A stretch of DNA of 64,000 bases from NCBI RefSeq assembly GCF_006345805.1, contig NC_043007.1, positions 46,996,001 through 47,060,000 of the forward strand. The letters run 5' to 3'. The position numbers and the translations under genes are program-made. Positions 14,691-28,089 of the stretch are shown in pieces; the stretch's first letter is position 1; each line of letters starts with the position of its first letter. This DNA comes from Octopus sinensis. Its lineage: Eukaryota. The notes under the pieces are model-generated. The model was not told the origin of the DNA and ran no database searches. It saw nothing but the letters and a program-made list of their open reading frames with translations.

Positions 14691-17600
14691 TACTTCTCAC
14701 CTCAGTATAGCAGGAATTTATGGTCTACATAGATTACAATATGTCTAAATACCTACCATAAGTAAATATTGAGAAATGCTATGTAACGCAATGGTAAACA
14801 AAAGGTGGTGACTGTTTATGTTAGTATATTTAAATATAGTGTTCGAATAATTTATTAAAATTTCTTCAAAATGTGGGAGTGGAATAAATTTCTTCAAAGC
14901 ATACTCAGTATTAAAATCAAATTCTATGCAACTTTGGATACGCAGCGGAAAACTTCGAGAGGTGATGCTGGCCGATTTAACTTGTCATATTTACGTTAGC
15001 CTGATAAATGTCTAAGTAACACCGCTTTAGTCAAAAAGAAAATTAAAAGAGAGAAACAAACTTCTTTTAATAGTATTATGTTCGAAATATTAAGTGATAA
15101 GTGATATTTCTATGCTTATATCTGCATACATGAATCTGAATTATTTGTGAAAATGTCATATGTATATTAATGTATAGTGCAAACATATGCGAGAGCCTTT
15201 GTATATATGTATGCCTCTTCGATATTGAAGCTGAGTATTTTAACTCTAATAATTGAATTACCAACTCACTGGAATACAGTACAACTGGCTGAGTATTCCA
15301 CCGTTACCTCTAACCTCAATATAATTCTCATTTACAACAATCAACTTTGCGTTTACATTTAACAGGCCTGTCCCTTTTCCATGCATGGATACATTATATC
15401 TGATGGACATCAACAGTGTTTCTACGTTAGGTTATCGGTTTGCTGGGGTCTAAGGAAGAAAATATTTGCCCAATGTCAACCCATACATGACTTCAGTTCT
15501 CACATTTTAACATATCATCTAAATTCAGAGTTTGTAACATCGTGGTCGTTATTGTTTTTTGCATAAACAAAAAGTGTCGATTTTCAAAAGGGAACTATTG
15601 GAAACCGAATCGCAACTAGTACAGAAATATTATTATATGTTATCAAATATATGAGAAAATTTCAAATGGAATGACAAGACATACCATTTTTAACTCCGAA
15701 AGAAAAACTCTGACTGGAATATTAAATTTTCCTTTACACTTTCTGCAAACCTATTATCTTACGCCAGAATATAAATAGTCGGCTTTAGTTAAAATTCGAA
15801 TGAATTTATATAAACTTCTATACTATTAAATTATCTTTTCATGAGATTATAATTTTCAGTTGGTCCGTTCGAACAAAGCAGGCTAATGTAAAAGACATCT
15901 CATAATGATCTATTTACTCAACAAATAATGCGGCGTCACATTGTTAGAGACTTAACGATACTTTAGTTAATGTAGTTGCAACGGTTTCGTATTTAGAAAC
16001 ACGCCAGTCAATGTTGACAATGTTAGTTATTTAAACAGTAGTTATCTTTAAGTAGTTAGCAATTACATTTGGTATAATTACTTTATTGTAGAATTAGTGA
16101 AACAGCTAATCTAATAATTACTTGCGAGATTAACGCAGCATTAGCGTGCCTTGCAAGAATGGAATATGGTACTTGTTGTCTGAATATATAAGTTTATAGG
16201 TTATAAAAGCTGACTGTATTAATTACTGTGTTAATAATCTTACAACAACCAATAATTAGATTTGCCGTTCCACTAAGTCTGCAACAAGGAAGAAGTAATT
16301 ATACTAAATGTAATTGCCAATGACTAAAATATAACTACTGTTTAAACGACTAAGTTAGTAAGTTTTGGCCGTTTCACTTGTAACTACGAAGTAGTTACAG
16401 AAGCATTAACTAAAGCACCATTACACATCCGTTCGATCATTTTAATAAAGTAACTAAGGTTCACATCAGCACATTATATACTAAATAAAATTTGGCACTT
16501 TCTCCCGGCCATTGTTCAAGCGATAATATAGGAGATAATATGCCAGTGTATATACGGCCGTATATCCCATGCCGACGTTATATATATATTTATCAGCGAC
16601 AATGTATACCTGAATTCAAATATGTACTTAGAAACAATCAGCAACGGTACGTTTATAAAAGTTACAAATACTTACAATTCTGCATATAAATTTCTCCTGC
16701 TGAGTTGAATTCATTTCAGAAATGGTATTGAGGTTTGTCCAACATCTAATTCAATAACCATGACACAATATGAATTACAACACAGCAATATTTACGTACA
16801 ATAAAGTCCAAATACTATCTCAGCATGATTCCAAAAGATTTCCTTGTAAGCACTATAATACCAATCTATAAGATCGTCACATTTTTAATGTACATGGGTG
16901 ATGCTCCTGGGGATTATATCAATCTCCATACTTCATTATTAATTATTTCATTAACTCTAGAGTGGAAAAGACATATAAATGCAAGGTGTTAAGTTCCATG
17001 AAGTTGCTCAGAAACTGTAATAATAATTCTGCAACAATGAGGTAGATTCTAGGCATTCGTTAGACTTCTACAAATATCAGCTAAATTTGAAATTGTGTCC
17101 CACTCTTCGAAAATATGGACACGATAGTGTCATCTGAAATAATTTTGATCATCGGTTTGATTAAACAGAGCAGCAAAACAGGAGAATAAAAATCTATAGA
17201 AGTGAAAGTGTTAGTAATGTAATAATAATAAATAAACAGAACTTATAAAGCGGTGCATATTGGTATGTGTTGCGCAGAGATTCAACTACACTATAAAATT
17301 TGAGTATACCTTGAAATTATACAATCAATGATAGCTTTCAGTATCTAAATTCATTGTCACATTATTGTTCAGAAACACTTGTCTATCTAGAAATTATTGT
17401 TACAGATTGGCTATGAAGATATGTAGAAATATTATGGAACGTAACTTCGTAAAACAACTTGTTTACAATATTAAAATATAAAAAGCAAATGCATAGAAAG
17501 ACACTAATTAAACCGATGACATGACAATATTCTAAATGTGTGATTTCAAACAATGTTTTATAGAAAAACCGATCAATAAAACCAATCGCCGCTATTTTCT

Positions 17601-18542
17601 TGTGTAAGATAGGAAATCTATAAATTTGATACATGGATAACTTTGTGCAGCAAACTTTACATTACAATCCAGACTTCTATCAGTTAACGTATCAAACAAG
17701 CACATTGGCAGAGAAGTTTCATACTGAAATAATTTGTACTTTAAGCATTGTTTACGTTACCAAGGATAAACAATTTAAATATTCAGTTAAGGATCTGTTT
17801 TACTTCTTTAAATATTCACCAAACATCGCTGAATTTCGGAAAATAAAGCTAGTACTTCAAAAACGTATCTTAAAATGACTAAGAAATTCCGTTGTTACCA
17901 ATAATTAGAGACACCTACCAGAATATCCACATCAAATATTGAATCTGAAAATGTGAGAAATATTATATTACTGGTTGATAAGTTTAATATTATTGGACGA
18001 TAAGTTTAAGGAAAATATTGTTTGCCGATATCGAACACTTCTGCGTTTGCCGAAAATTTGTTTCATCCTCAGCGAGATGGTGGAATGAAATGGCTCACTA
18101 ATTATACGACACATATTTCAATACCTTTATACACAAACACGCATAGATTTAAAACATTCACTGAAAGCGCATTCATCGAAAATCTAGTAGATAATAAAAT
18201 ACATAGTGGCCGAGAGAATAATTCGTTGCAAGAAATATTGATTGAGAGACTAAATGATCGGAACGATATTATGGAGGTAAAGGTGTAGTATCTATAAGTT
18301 TGATATTTTGACTACTCATTCGTATATATATATATGTGTGTGTGTGTATGTGTGTATGTGTGTGTGTATGCGTATGTATATCTATATGTATATAAGCATA
18401 CATGCCTACATCTGTACATCTATAAATTCATACATTTAATTATATACATGCACACAGGCATATGCATACATATACATATGTATACGTATATGTGAATGTA
18501 GTATATAGATAATATATATATGTATATATACATATATATGTA

Positions 18543-18576
<34 letters not shown>

Positions 18577-19150
18577 CAAATACATATATATTTATATGCA
18601 TATGCTTCTGTATATGAGTATATGCAAATATATGTATGTAAAAATGTATGAATGCTTGTATGCATATATACATATATACATACATACACATTTATATATA
18701 TGTAGATATGTGTATTTATATGCATAAATATATATACATATGTATACATACATATGTACACACACATGTATATATATATATGTGTGTGTACTTCGTCATA
18801 AGATTATAAATCAGAAAAAGAGTAGATACTACAACATACAGAGCAGATGTTTATTTCTGTGTATGTGAAGTAAAAGTTTTAGAAAAAAAAAACATTGATT
18901 TCATATCTAGCGGGAACTAGACCTATTACTTTTATTCATGATGATTAGGAAATACGAGGAATTACCTATGTCACATGAAGGGACTTTCTAATCACTGCGA
19001 CTGATGCCATGGAATGAGCTTCTTGCTCATTGCAGGATGCAGAGAAAAAACGTCAAAACCTTTACAATTAATATTACAGGAGTTGGTTATATATGGTACT
19101 TAAAACTGTATAACATACAATTCCAGCCAAAATAACTATATGCAATATCA

Positions 19151-19208
<58 letters not shown>

Positions 19209-19209
19209 T

Positions 19210-20340
19210 CGTTATAAGAATATGAATCAGAAAAGGGCATACCATATAAAAAATAGACCAGTTGTTTATTTTTCTATGTGTAAAGTAACAGTTTTAGGGG
19301 AAAACTATTGGATTGGTTCCATATCTATCGTGAACTAGGAAATGTTTTCAGTTTCTCTAAACCATAACTGTTCTCTGCAAAGAACGTTTTTTTTTTTAAA
19401 AAAAAAACCACAAGAACGCCGGTGATAGTTGAAGAAATATTCCTCTTAAAACATTTTGGCCGGGCGAGTTCTCTTCCTTTGCTTGATAGCTAGGTTTTCC
19501 AATTCTGAAGTAAAAATTTTCGAAAATTTGGACAACTCCCCACGGCTTCCGTCCTGGAGTTCAGACAGCCTCCTGGTTCATGTGAGTTCATAAGGATTAT
19601 ATATTTTTCTGTCATACAAAATTTACATACTCTCGTTCCATTTCGATAGGGTCTACAAGTTTCTAGTAATTTGCAACTGATGTTAAAGTGTGTATAATCG
19701 TCCGTTTAGCGCCATAAGTATGATGCGCGTGTTGTTGTGATTCGTCTTTCCAGGACTTTGAAAGAAGATTTGTGGTTGTTCAGACGAATTTTAAATTTAG
19801 ATTCACAAAATCTGACATAAATTTTAGTGCGTGTCCCTGTGTTGGCATTGACGTTATTGATATTTGTGCTGCTCTTGTTTTAGGCTACATTTACTTGGTA
19901 GATTGTAGCCTCGATGATACACAGGCTGTACACTGGGTATTCATTTCTAATCCTGCATGAATAACCTGTCTCTGTCCGTGGTTAAGAAGCGCTAAGTAAT
20001 TTTTTCTTAACATTGGGTGCACAAATGAGAGAAATTCTTAAATTTTGTCTGTTAAAGATCTTTCTATATTTGTGTGATCTTGTGAAATGCTTGTCCACCA
20101 ACATAAGATAAATCTTACCTACGCATGTCCCGGACGTTTTTGGAGAAGGAGAAAGCGAACCATAAGGGAGCCGCTGCGCCGAAAATACCTTTATTTGAAG
20201 ATAAGTTCGAAATTGCTGCTTCTCTTCAGAATATTCTTTTCTTAGTGGTCATACCATATGGGGTCTACCTCTAGTATATTGAATGTACACTTAGTGGTCA
20301 TCCCTCTTATATGCATGTGATATACTTTTTCTCTATCCTC
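19210..20340 (-). mobile_element. Decayed Penelope-like element (Naiad-like), linker plus GIY-YIG endonuclease remnant
   Basis: Manual minus-strand translation: ..LVDKHFTRSHKYRKIFNRQNLRIS..; ..ATIYQVNV..KIYVRFCESKFKIRLNNHKSSFK..; ..LLETCRPYRNGTRVCKFCMTEK. Contains stops and frameshifts. Confidence 0.75.
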
Positions 20341-20807
20341 AGATTTTTTCAGTATGCTAGGCTACTAATATTCAATTTTTTTACCATTATTATTTAAATT
20401 TAAATAACCATGTTCTTTAACCGGACAGAATTTACAGCATAAAATTATTTTCCTCAGAATTATTTCCGGTTTTTGGTGCGCGAAAACGAAGACTTTTGAA
20501 ATATACCCCAAATATAATTGGCAAAACTATATGCATGTTCACTCTCGCGTGGACGCCTCCTGTATAGTTCTGCAACTTATATTGTGGTATGACGGTCACA
20601 TTGATGAATTTCAAACATTTACGTATGTAATATGTAAGTTCGTATCAAGGAAACGTGGTACGTGACTAATCATTATATTTTGTATATTTTCATTTGTCTT
20701 GCTCGCTTACGTTCTGGCGTCTGTTGAATTTTCTTGACAACAATCTTTTCTTAGTGGTCAGACCATACGGGATCTACATATTCGATGTCCACTTAGTGGT
20801 CATCCCT

Positions 20808-20852
<45 letters not shown>

Positions 20853-20907
20853 ATAGATAGATAGATATGTTATTGCATATAGTTATTTTGGTTTGAATTA
20901 CATGTTA

Positions 20908-21308
20908 TCTCTCTATATATAAACGGCAGTTTGTCTGTGCGTGTTTCTGTGTGTCTGTTTGCTTGTACCCTCACCCTGACCACGGCTTTCAACCGATTCT
21001 GATGAAACTTGACACACACATAGCCCAATGTCATAATCCAAAACTAATGCATAATTCAAAACTAATCCAGCGAAAATTTTGAAAAGTTCCCCCAGTTCTG
21101 AAAAAAATCGATAAATTCGACATGGGGTCGAGAATCAGAAACACAAACTGCAAACTGTCTAGGGGACGCAACTCCACCTTTTTTACTCTCAAAAAAATTT
21201 ACCATAATTTTTTTGCTATTTTTTTGCTATTTTTTGGTTATAACTCTCTAAAAATGCTTTATAGTTATTTCCCTTACAAACCTGAGCAATGCCGGGCGAT
21301 ACTGCTAG
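20908..21308 (+). mobile_element. Non-autonomous Helitron-like element
   Basis: Starts with TC after A and ends with CTAG before T. GC-rich subterminal hairpin cctgagcaatgccggg at 21281-21296; (GTCT)-like 5' microsatellite. Confidence 0.8.
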
Positions 21309-24093
21309 TACTGTTTTAAATCCCATTTTTAACTAAATCCTGTGACTTTGATAATAAAATGTTTGACTTCTGCTCTTTAAATATCTGCCTGAATTGACTT
21401 ACTTAAGTTCAAGAGACTCATTCCATGCCATCACTCACAGTGATCATAGAGTTCCTGCATGTGACATGGACAATTCTTCATCTTTCATGATCATCATGAA
21501 TAGAAAAAATTATTCATGTAAACTTTTCAAGCATAGAAAAAACATTTGTTTTCTAAGTCACGCGCAGTTATTAGATGTATAAATATTTCTGGGTTTTTTT
21601 TTTCCCGATATTGCTTTCCAGTTAGAACAACCACGGAGCGATTGCTGGAGACTATTTAGGAATCAATCATATTATTCGCCCTTACATTACGTTTTAATGT
21701 CTAAGATCTGATGCTTTATACTATGATACATATTGTATATGATGTGGTAAAGCTGTTAACTTAAAATCGTATGACGAACATAAATGTCGACATCTTACCT
21801 GCTTTTTCTAAACTACTCGTAGTTTGATTATAGCATGGAAAGAAATCCTTGCTTTTCCATTTTTACGGAACTCGGTAAAGAATATTAAGTTGATATTACG
21901 AAATTATATGACTGCATTATCTCGCAAGATATTGCATTAAGAATCAGTAAAGCAATGATCAAAGATACTTTTGTGAAAAATGTTCCAAGTAATATTGCAG
22001 AGATATAATCTTGTATTTATTTTCTGTGTATTATACGCAATCTGAAAAATAATCAATTCCTAAAATTTCGCTTGATGAAACAAGACACGTCTTTAGGGAA
22101 GCTGGCAATATCACTTTCAGGCTACATGTTAAGAGGGCAGCGAATGAATTTTATGGTTGGGTGAATAAAGCATTACATTTAGAGTGCATTAGATGAGGGA
22201 AATATTTGCATTGATATAGCTCTGAGAATATTTCGTCATAGAATTTCAGGAGGCATATTATATTTGCGAAAGGAAATACCATACAAATCCTCTCTACTTT
22301 CTGTTTTCCTTTACAATCGATAAGGATATTGCAGGTGTTCAAAACAAATCTGCATTATTCTAATGATATCTAATAGGATGCCTAATTGTTTATATTGTCT
22401 CATTAATTATTTTTTGTAAATCTTTGAGACTATATTTTCTCTTTCTTTTACTCTATCTTTTACCATGATCGTTGATTTCAGAATCTTCTCTGTTAGAAAA
22501 CAATTTTGTTATTAAAGTAAAATATTTTATAAAGACTTATAAAAAAACATCTTGATACTTTTTGAAAACCTCACGGGACCAGTTTATTTATTATGTAAGG
22601 TTCATATAAATTATTTTTTTATTAATGGTATAACTCATTTTAACGTGAAAAATTGAGAAGTAAAGATTAATGATTAAACTGATGAGAGCATTAAGTGTGT
22701 CTCTACTGAATATGGTTACTATAATTTGCCACAATGTTCAATGTTTTCAGGAAAACATAGACTATGATAATAGCGATGATCTACGAACATATAAGAAACT
22801 ATAATTGCATGCCTTACGCTCTTACATATGAAATGTGGCACAGATTCTGTTCTCGGTTACTTTCAATGATAACATGTTGCACGCAAACAAAAGGAAAGCC
22901 TTTGAACAGCCATATATCGTCTGACTGCGGAACACGTGTTTGCAGCCCTTCCTCCATTGTAAGAAAGATTATGACATGGAAGAGAAAAGGCTTGTTTCTA
23001 TCATACCTTTTTTTTAATGTTCTATTTTCCATTTCTTTCATTGGAATAAATAGTATTGAATAAAATTATTTGTTTGAATATCCTTGTACATCAAAGGCTA
23101 AAATATTTTCAAATTATATACTGATGAATGAATGTGATTTTTGTTTTTAGGTTTTTCCCATATTCATATTTTTTGGCAATTTCACGTGAAAAGAGATATG
23201 GTGAGTTCCATCTTGAATCTATAATTTCCTTCAAAACAGTTTCATAAGTTATTATTCAGATTCTGATTTTGTTTTTAGTGTTTTGGCAGTTTTAATAACA
23301 TCGCATTATTATATCTTGATAGTTAGAGACTTAGCTTCGATTTTGTATCAACAACTCAGTGTATCAGGCTAAAATTAGTCATTTTATGAATATTTCTGAA
23401 TTAGCATGTCAAAAATGAAAGGCAAAAAGTCCGTTGAAACTATCAGAATTTCCTATGAATAATGAGATGTCAAGTTTCGCATTGTGCAATTTATGAATTA
23501 CAAATATATTCTGTTATATTATTTTCGTCTGTAACCGAACTGCATTGCAGAATACTATTGCGCGACTGCGCAGTTAAATAAAAGTTAGATAAATGTTGTG
23601 GAAATCCGGCTGTTCTGTGTGGTGCATATTTGGGCTTCACATCTGTTATGGGGAAATTTGGAAATTTCGTTATTTTTGACATCATTATTCTAAGAACTCA
23701 TAAAGGTAACTATATATATTCATAATGTTTTAAAGAAATTTTAAACAGGTTAAGGTTTTTAAGGGTTTGCTTAAAACTTATGCTACTGGGTAACCAACAT
23801 TAGTATTTGTGGTTAGCTTAATGTCAACTTTGGTAACAACTCCAAGCAGACTAAAATTATTTTCTTGCAACACAATATCATAGTTTGATTCTCCTCTTGC
23901 CATAGCACCAGCTCTGATGTAATGCTTATGTGTTCCAATAGACTTGCCGAAAAGTAGTCTTTAGTGTTACTACAAATAATTAATGTGTTGTTAAATCTAC
24001 ATAAATGTCAATGGCGAAAGCAGCTACAGTCGCTAGCTGAGAGAAAATTTTAGAGGCGGTTTTGGTTGTAGAAGTCGCGGTTACAGTTCTGAT

Positions 24094-24139
<46 letters not shown>

Positions 24140-25008
24140 GTGTGTGTGTGCGCGCGCGCGTGTGCGTATGTGTAAATATTTATTTATATTTATATACCCA
24201 CAACTGTACCCATATTTGTATAAGTATACATGTGTGAATTTTGCATACATATTGATCCGAAAGATCAATATTTGAAACTAAAACTTTCATATTTAGAGTT
24301 CTGAATGCCAATTAGCGGACAAAAGACATGATATAAATAAATCAAAGATTTTCTCAAAATATATTACCTGTTTTCATGTTTTGATTTTGTGAAGTGGTTT
24401 TTTTGTTTGCATTTTTTGAGAAAAATTATCAACATCAACATAATATCTCAAATTGTTTATTTGTAGTCTACGTAGATATTTCTAAATTTAGGCTTTATAA
24501 AATTATTTTTATCATAATATTTTGTTTAGTGAAACTATAGGAAATATGTCATTCGCAAATGCGCTTTCTACTCAATTACAGTTTTATCATATTTGGCTAG
24601 CATTTATTAAATCCATATCCCATAACTCCTTTCGTATGGGTATTCAGTGAATTTTCTAGCCAGGCAAATGTTATAAACCAAATGATAAGGGGCTAGATAC
24701 TGAATTCTCACACCTGATTGCAATCACTGTTTGAAATCAACCATCTACTGACCCCAAAACGTCAGTTTGAAATATTTATATTTTCCATATATTTTCTGAA
24801 TAATTGCAATCATAACAAAATTTATTTCATATGGCGTTGCAATATGTTGACGTCAATCAAGTTTTGTGAGATATATTGTCGGAATATTTAGAAGTGTTTC
24901 TTATCGGCAAAAATATTAATATGCTGGGTTATTTTATCAATCTTTTGAGATCGTACATAGCTTGATAAACTAGACGTTTTCTGTTTAATTATAGATCTTA
25001 TATCAAAT

Positions 25009-25057
<49 letters not shown>

Positions 25058-25058
<1 letters not shown>

Positions 25059-25610
25059 GAGAAAGAAGCAACAAGAATGGATTGGTTTTTAGTACAATTG
25101 TTTCATACAAAGACAGGCTTTATTACAAGTTGCAAAAATTGCAGCAGATAAAAGTGTCCCGTACTCATCAGCTAAAATACATTTGAGTTCTCTAGACATC
25201 TTAGTGGGTGAGGTTATATTCATGAAATATTGGAGATAGTTCCATTAGAGGCAGATATAGGTTGTAAACAGTTATATATTTCTTGCTAATACAACAAAAT
25301 TCTGTCTGCAACAGTTTAGATGTGAAATGAACCGATGTGTGACCAACAGCTTTCCTTATGTCTCCTGGAATTTATATTTATATCTGCATCTTTATGGATG
25401 GATTTACCTTCTATGAGAAGTTAACAAACATTTTAAAAACATTTTTTTAAAAACTGTGCATTATTAGGAAACATTTTAAGTCTGCTTATTATCTGGCTTC
25501 AAATTCATAGAACTCTTAATACTTCATATGGATAGTTACATTATCTAGGATGTCTGGAAAACATACATGTGATTTAGCTGATGAATACTGGACATTGTAT
25601 TTGCTGCAAT
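25058..25610. mobile_element. Non-coding PLE-like unit with inverted HHR-bearing ends
   Basis: Full HHR on the minus strand at the left end. A diverged partial plus-strand copy (tttagctgatgaatactggaca) lies at ~25545-25610. Flanked by (TA)n. Confidence 0.65.
25087..25177 (-). ncRNA. Type I hammerhead ribozyme with long stem II (family B)
   Basis: Minus strand: ttttag-CTGATGA-gtacgggaca...tgtctttgtat-GAAA-caattg-TA-ctaaaa. Palindromic stem III, GUA triplet. Confidence 0.82.
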
Positions 25611-25653
25611 ATATATATAGTTTTATATATATATATAGTTTTATATATATATA

Positions 25654-25721
<68 letters not shown>

Positions 25722-25724
<3 letters not shown>

Positions 25725-26587
25725 GGTGCGGTGAATAAACTGTAGTCTAAATTACACAAATATGAAAATAACAATGACATGTTATTTTAACAGATATATT
25801 TACGAAAATTACATTAAAAATATCTCGAACTACTAATGAGTAAATGTATTCAATAAAATGGCCATTGACTTCAACCACTTCCGAATCTCCCGCAACTTTT
25901 CTGTATGGCCTCCTTTTTTAAGTTGGTGAATGCTGCCATAATACTTGCCTTCAGTTCATCATTGTTTTTACAAGAGGTTTTGTTGGTCTCTTGCTCAAAT
26001 GCGCCCACTTATAATAATCAAGCGGGTTACAGTCTGGGGAGTTAGATGGCCAGATGTCAGGTGTGATGTGGTCGGAGAAATTGTCTGACAGCCATGACTG
26101 GGTTCTCTTGCTTGTGTGTCATTGTGCAGAGTCCTGTTACCGGACATAGGGTCTTCCAGCAGACGTCCTCTTCAGGCAGGGCAGCACTACCGCCTCCAGG
26201 CACTTGATGTAGGCCATCGTATTGAGTCTGAGGTCGTGCGGGAAGATGAATGGTGGTAAAACGTCGTCATCACTAGTGTTCACTCCAGACACCATGCTGA
26301 CAGGGCCTTTTATTTTTATCACTCTCCATATATGTCCTCAGATTGCACTGGCCTCGGATTGACACACCAATACTCTGAAATGTTCGTATTGGAGCTTCCG
26401 GCGCGAATGTCAAGCAGTAGAGCATGCATTTTCCACATTTCTGGTAGAGTGAATTGCATCGTGGTGCTGTATTTCTCACAGACGGTACCAAATTTACTCT
26501 ACTATACTGTGTATTCGACAAAATCAAGAAAACACGTGCATGAGGAAATAAAAAATCTAAAATAGGCGACAATTTACCCATCGCATC

Positions 26588-26590
<3 letters not shown>
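25722..26590 (-). mobile_element. Tc1/mariner DD37D (maT-like) transposon remnant
   Basis: TIRs cagggtgcggtgaataaactgt / acaatttacccatcgcatcctg inside (TA)n. Transposase pieces ..LPPFIFP..YIKCLEAVVLP..QDSA..WPSNSPDCNPLDY. Confidence 0.85.
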
Positions 26591-27276
<686 letters not shown>

Positions 27277-27506
27277 TATACATCAATTTAAAACAGTGGT
27301 CTAGCATATTCAAAAAAATTCGAAGATTTAAAAATTATATTACAATTAATAAAAGGAATGACCACTAAAGTGGTCTCCTATACGCTGGAGATATACATCA
27401 AATTGCCCTACCACAAAGAGTGTGTTCTCAGGTAAAAAAAATATGCAAACGCCAAAATGTAAAAAATAAGCAAGGAAAATGAAAATTTACAAAATAAAAC
27501 GTTTAA

Positions 27507-27568
27507 CATGTATCATGATTTCATTATTAATACTTGCAAAATGCATGTATCTGAAAATCCTCAGCGTA
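27507..27568 (-). ncRNA. Decayed type I hammerhead (family F)
   Basis: Minus strand: tacg-CTGAGGA-ttttcagatac...gtattaataat-GAAA-tcatga-TA-catg. Palindromic stem III; adjacent to a long (TA)n tract. Confidence 0.6.
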
Positions 27569-28089
27569 GCCTGTCGTATTTCAAAACATATTTCACAGAA
27601 CTATGCACAGAGACGTTTTCTCGAAAGAAAACTCATGTACAGATATACAAAATATATATAAGATTATCTAATACTATTTCATTTCTATTTCAAACTCTAT
27701 TCAAACTTCATTTAAGCTTAAAATAATTTGACAAGACTAACTTTTCGCATTTCCTTCATCTATATATTTCAGCTTGTATTGTAATGTTAAATCTAATTTG
27801 CGCTTGTAACTTTCTTTTCCTCGTTTCCTGTTTCAAATTCCTCTATAACTTTTTATATGACTTTTTTTCTAGATCTTGTACCTATAGCATTCTCGTAACA
27901 ATCAATTCTTTTAAAAGTAATGAGTGATAAGAAAATAACGTTATACTGTACATGTTTGTGTTTGTGTGTGTGTGTCTTTGTGTATATAATTGTGTGTACA
28001 TGTGTGAATCTATATGCGTGTTTTCGCGTTTGTGTGTGGATTTATCTACGTTTATTTGTATGTGTATGCAAATAGCCTTGTTTGGATGA

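Noticed and set aside
22678-22715. CTGATGA followed by a small hairpin
   Set aside because: No GAAA, stem III or closing stem I in register.
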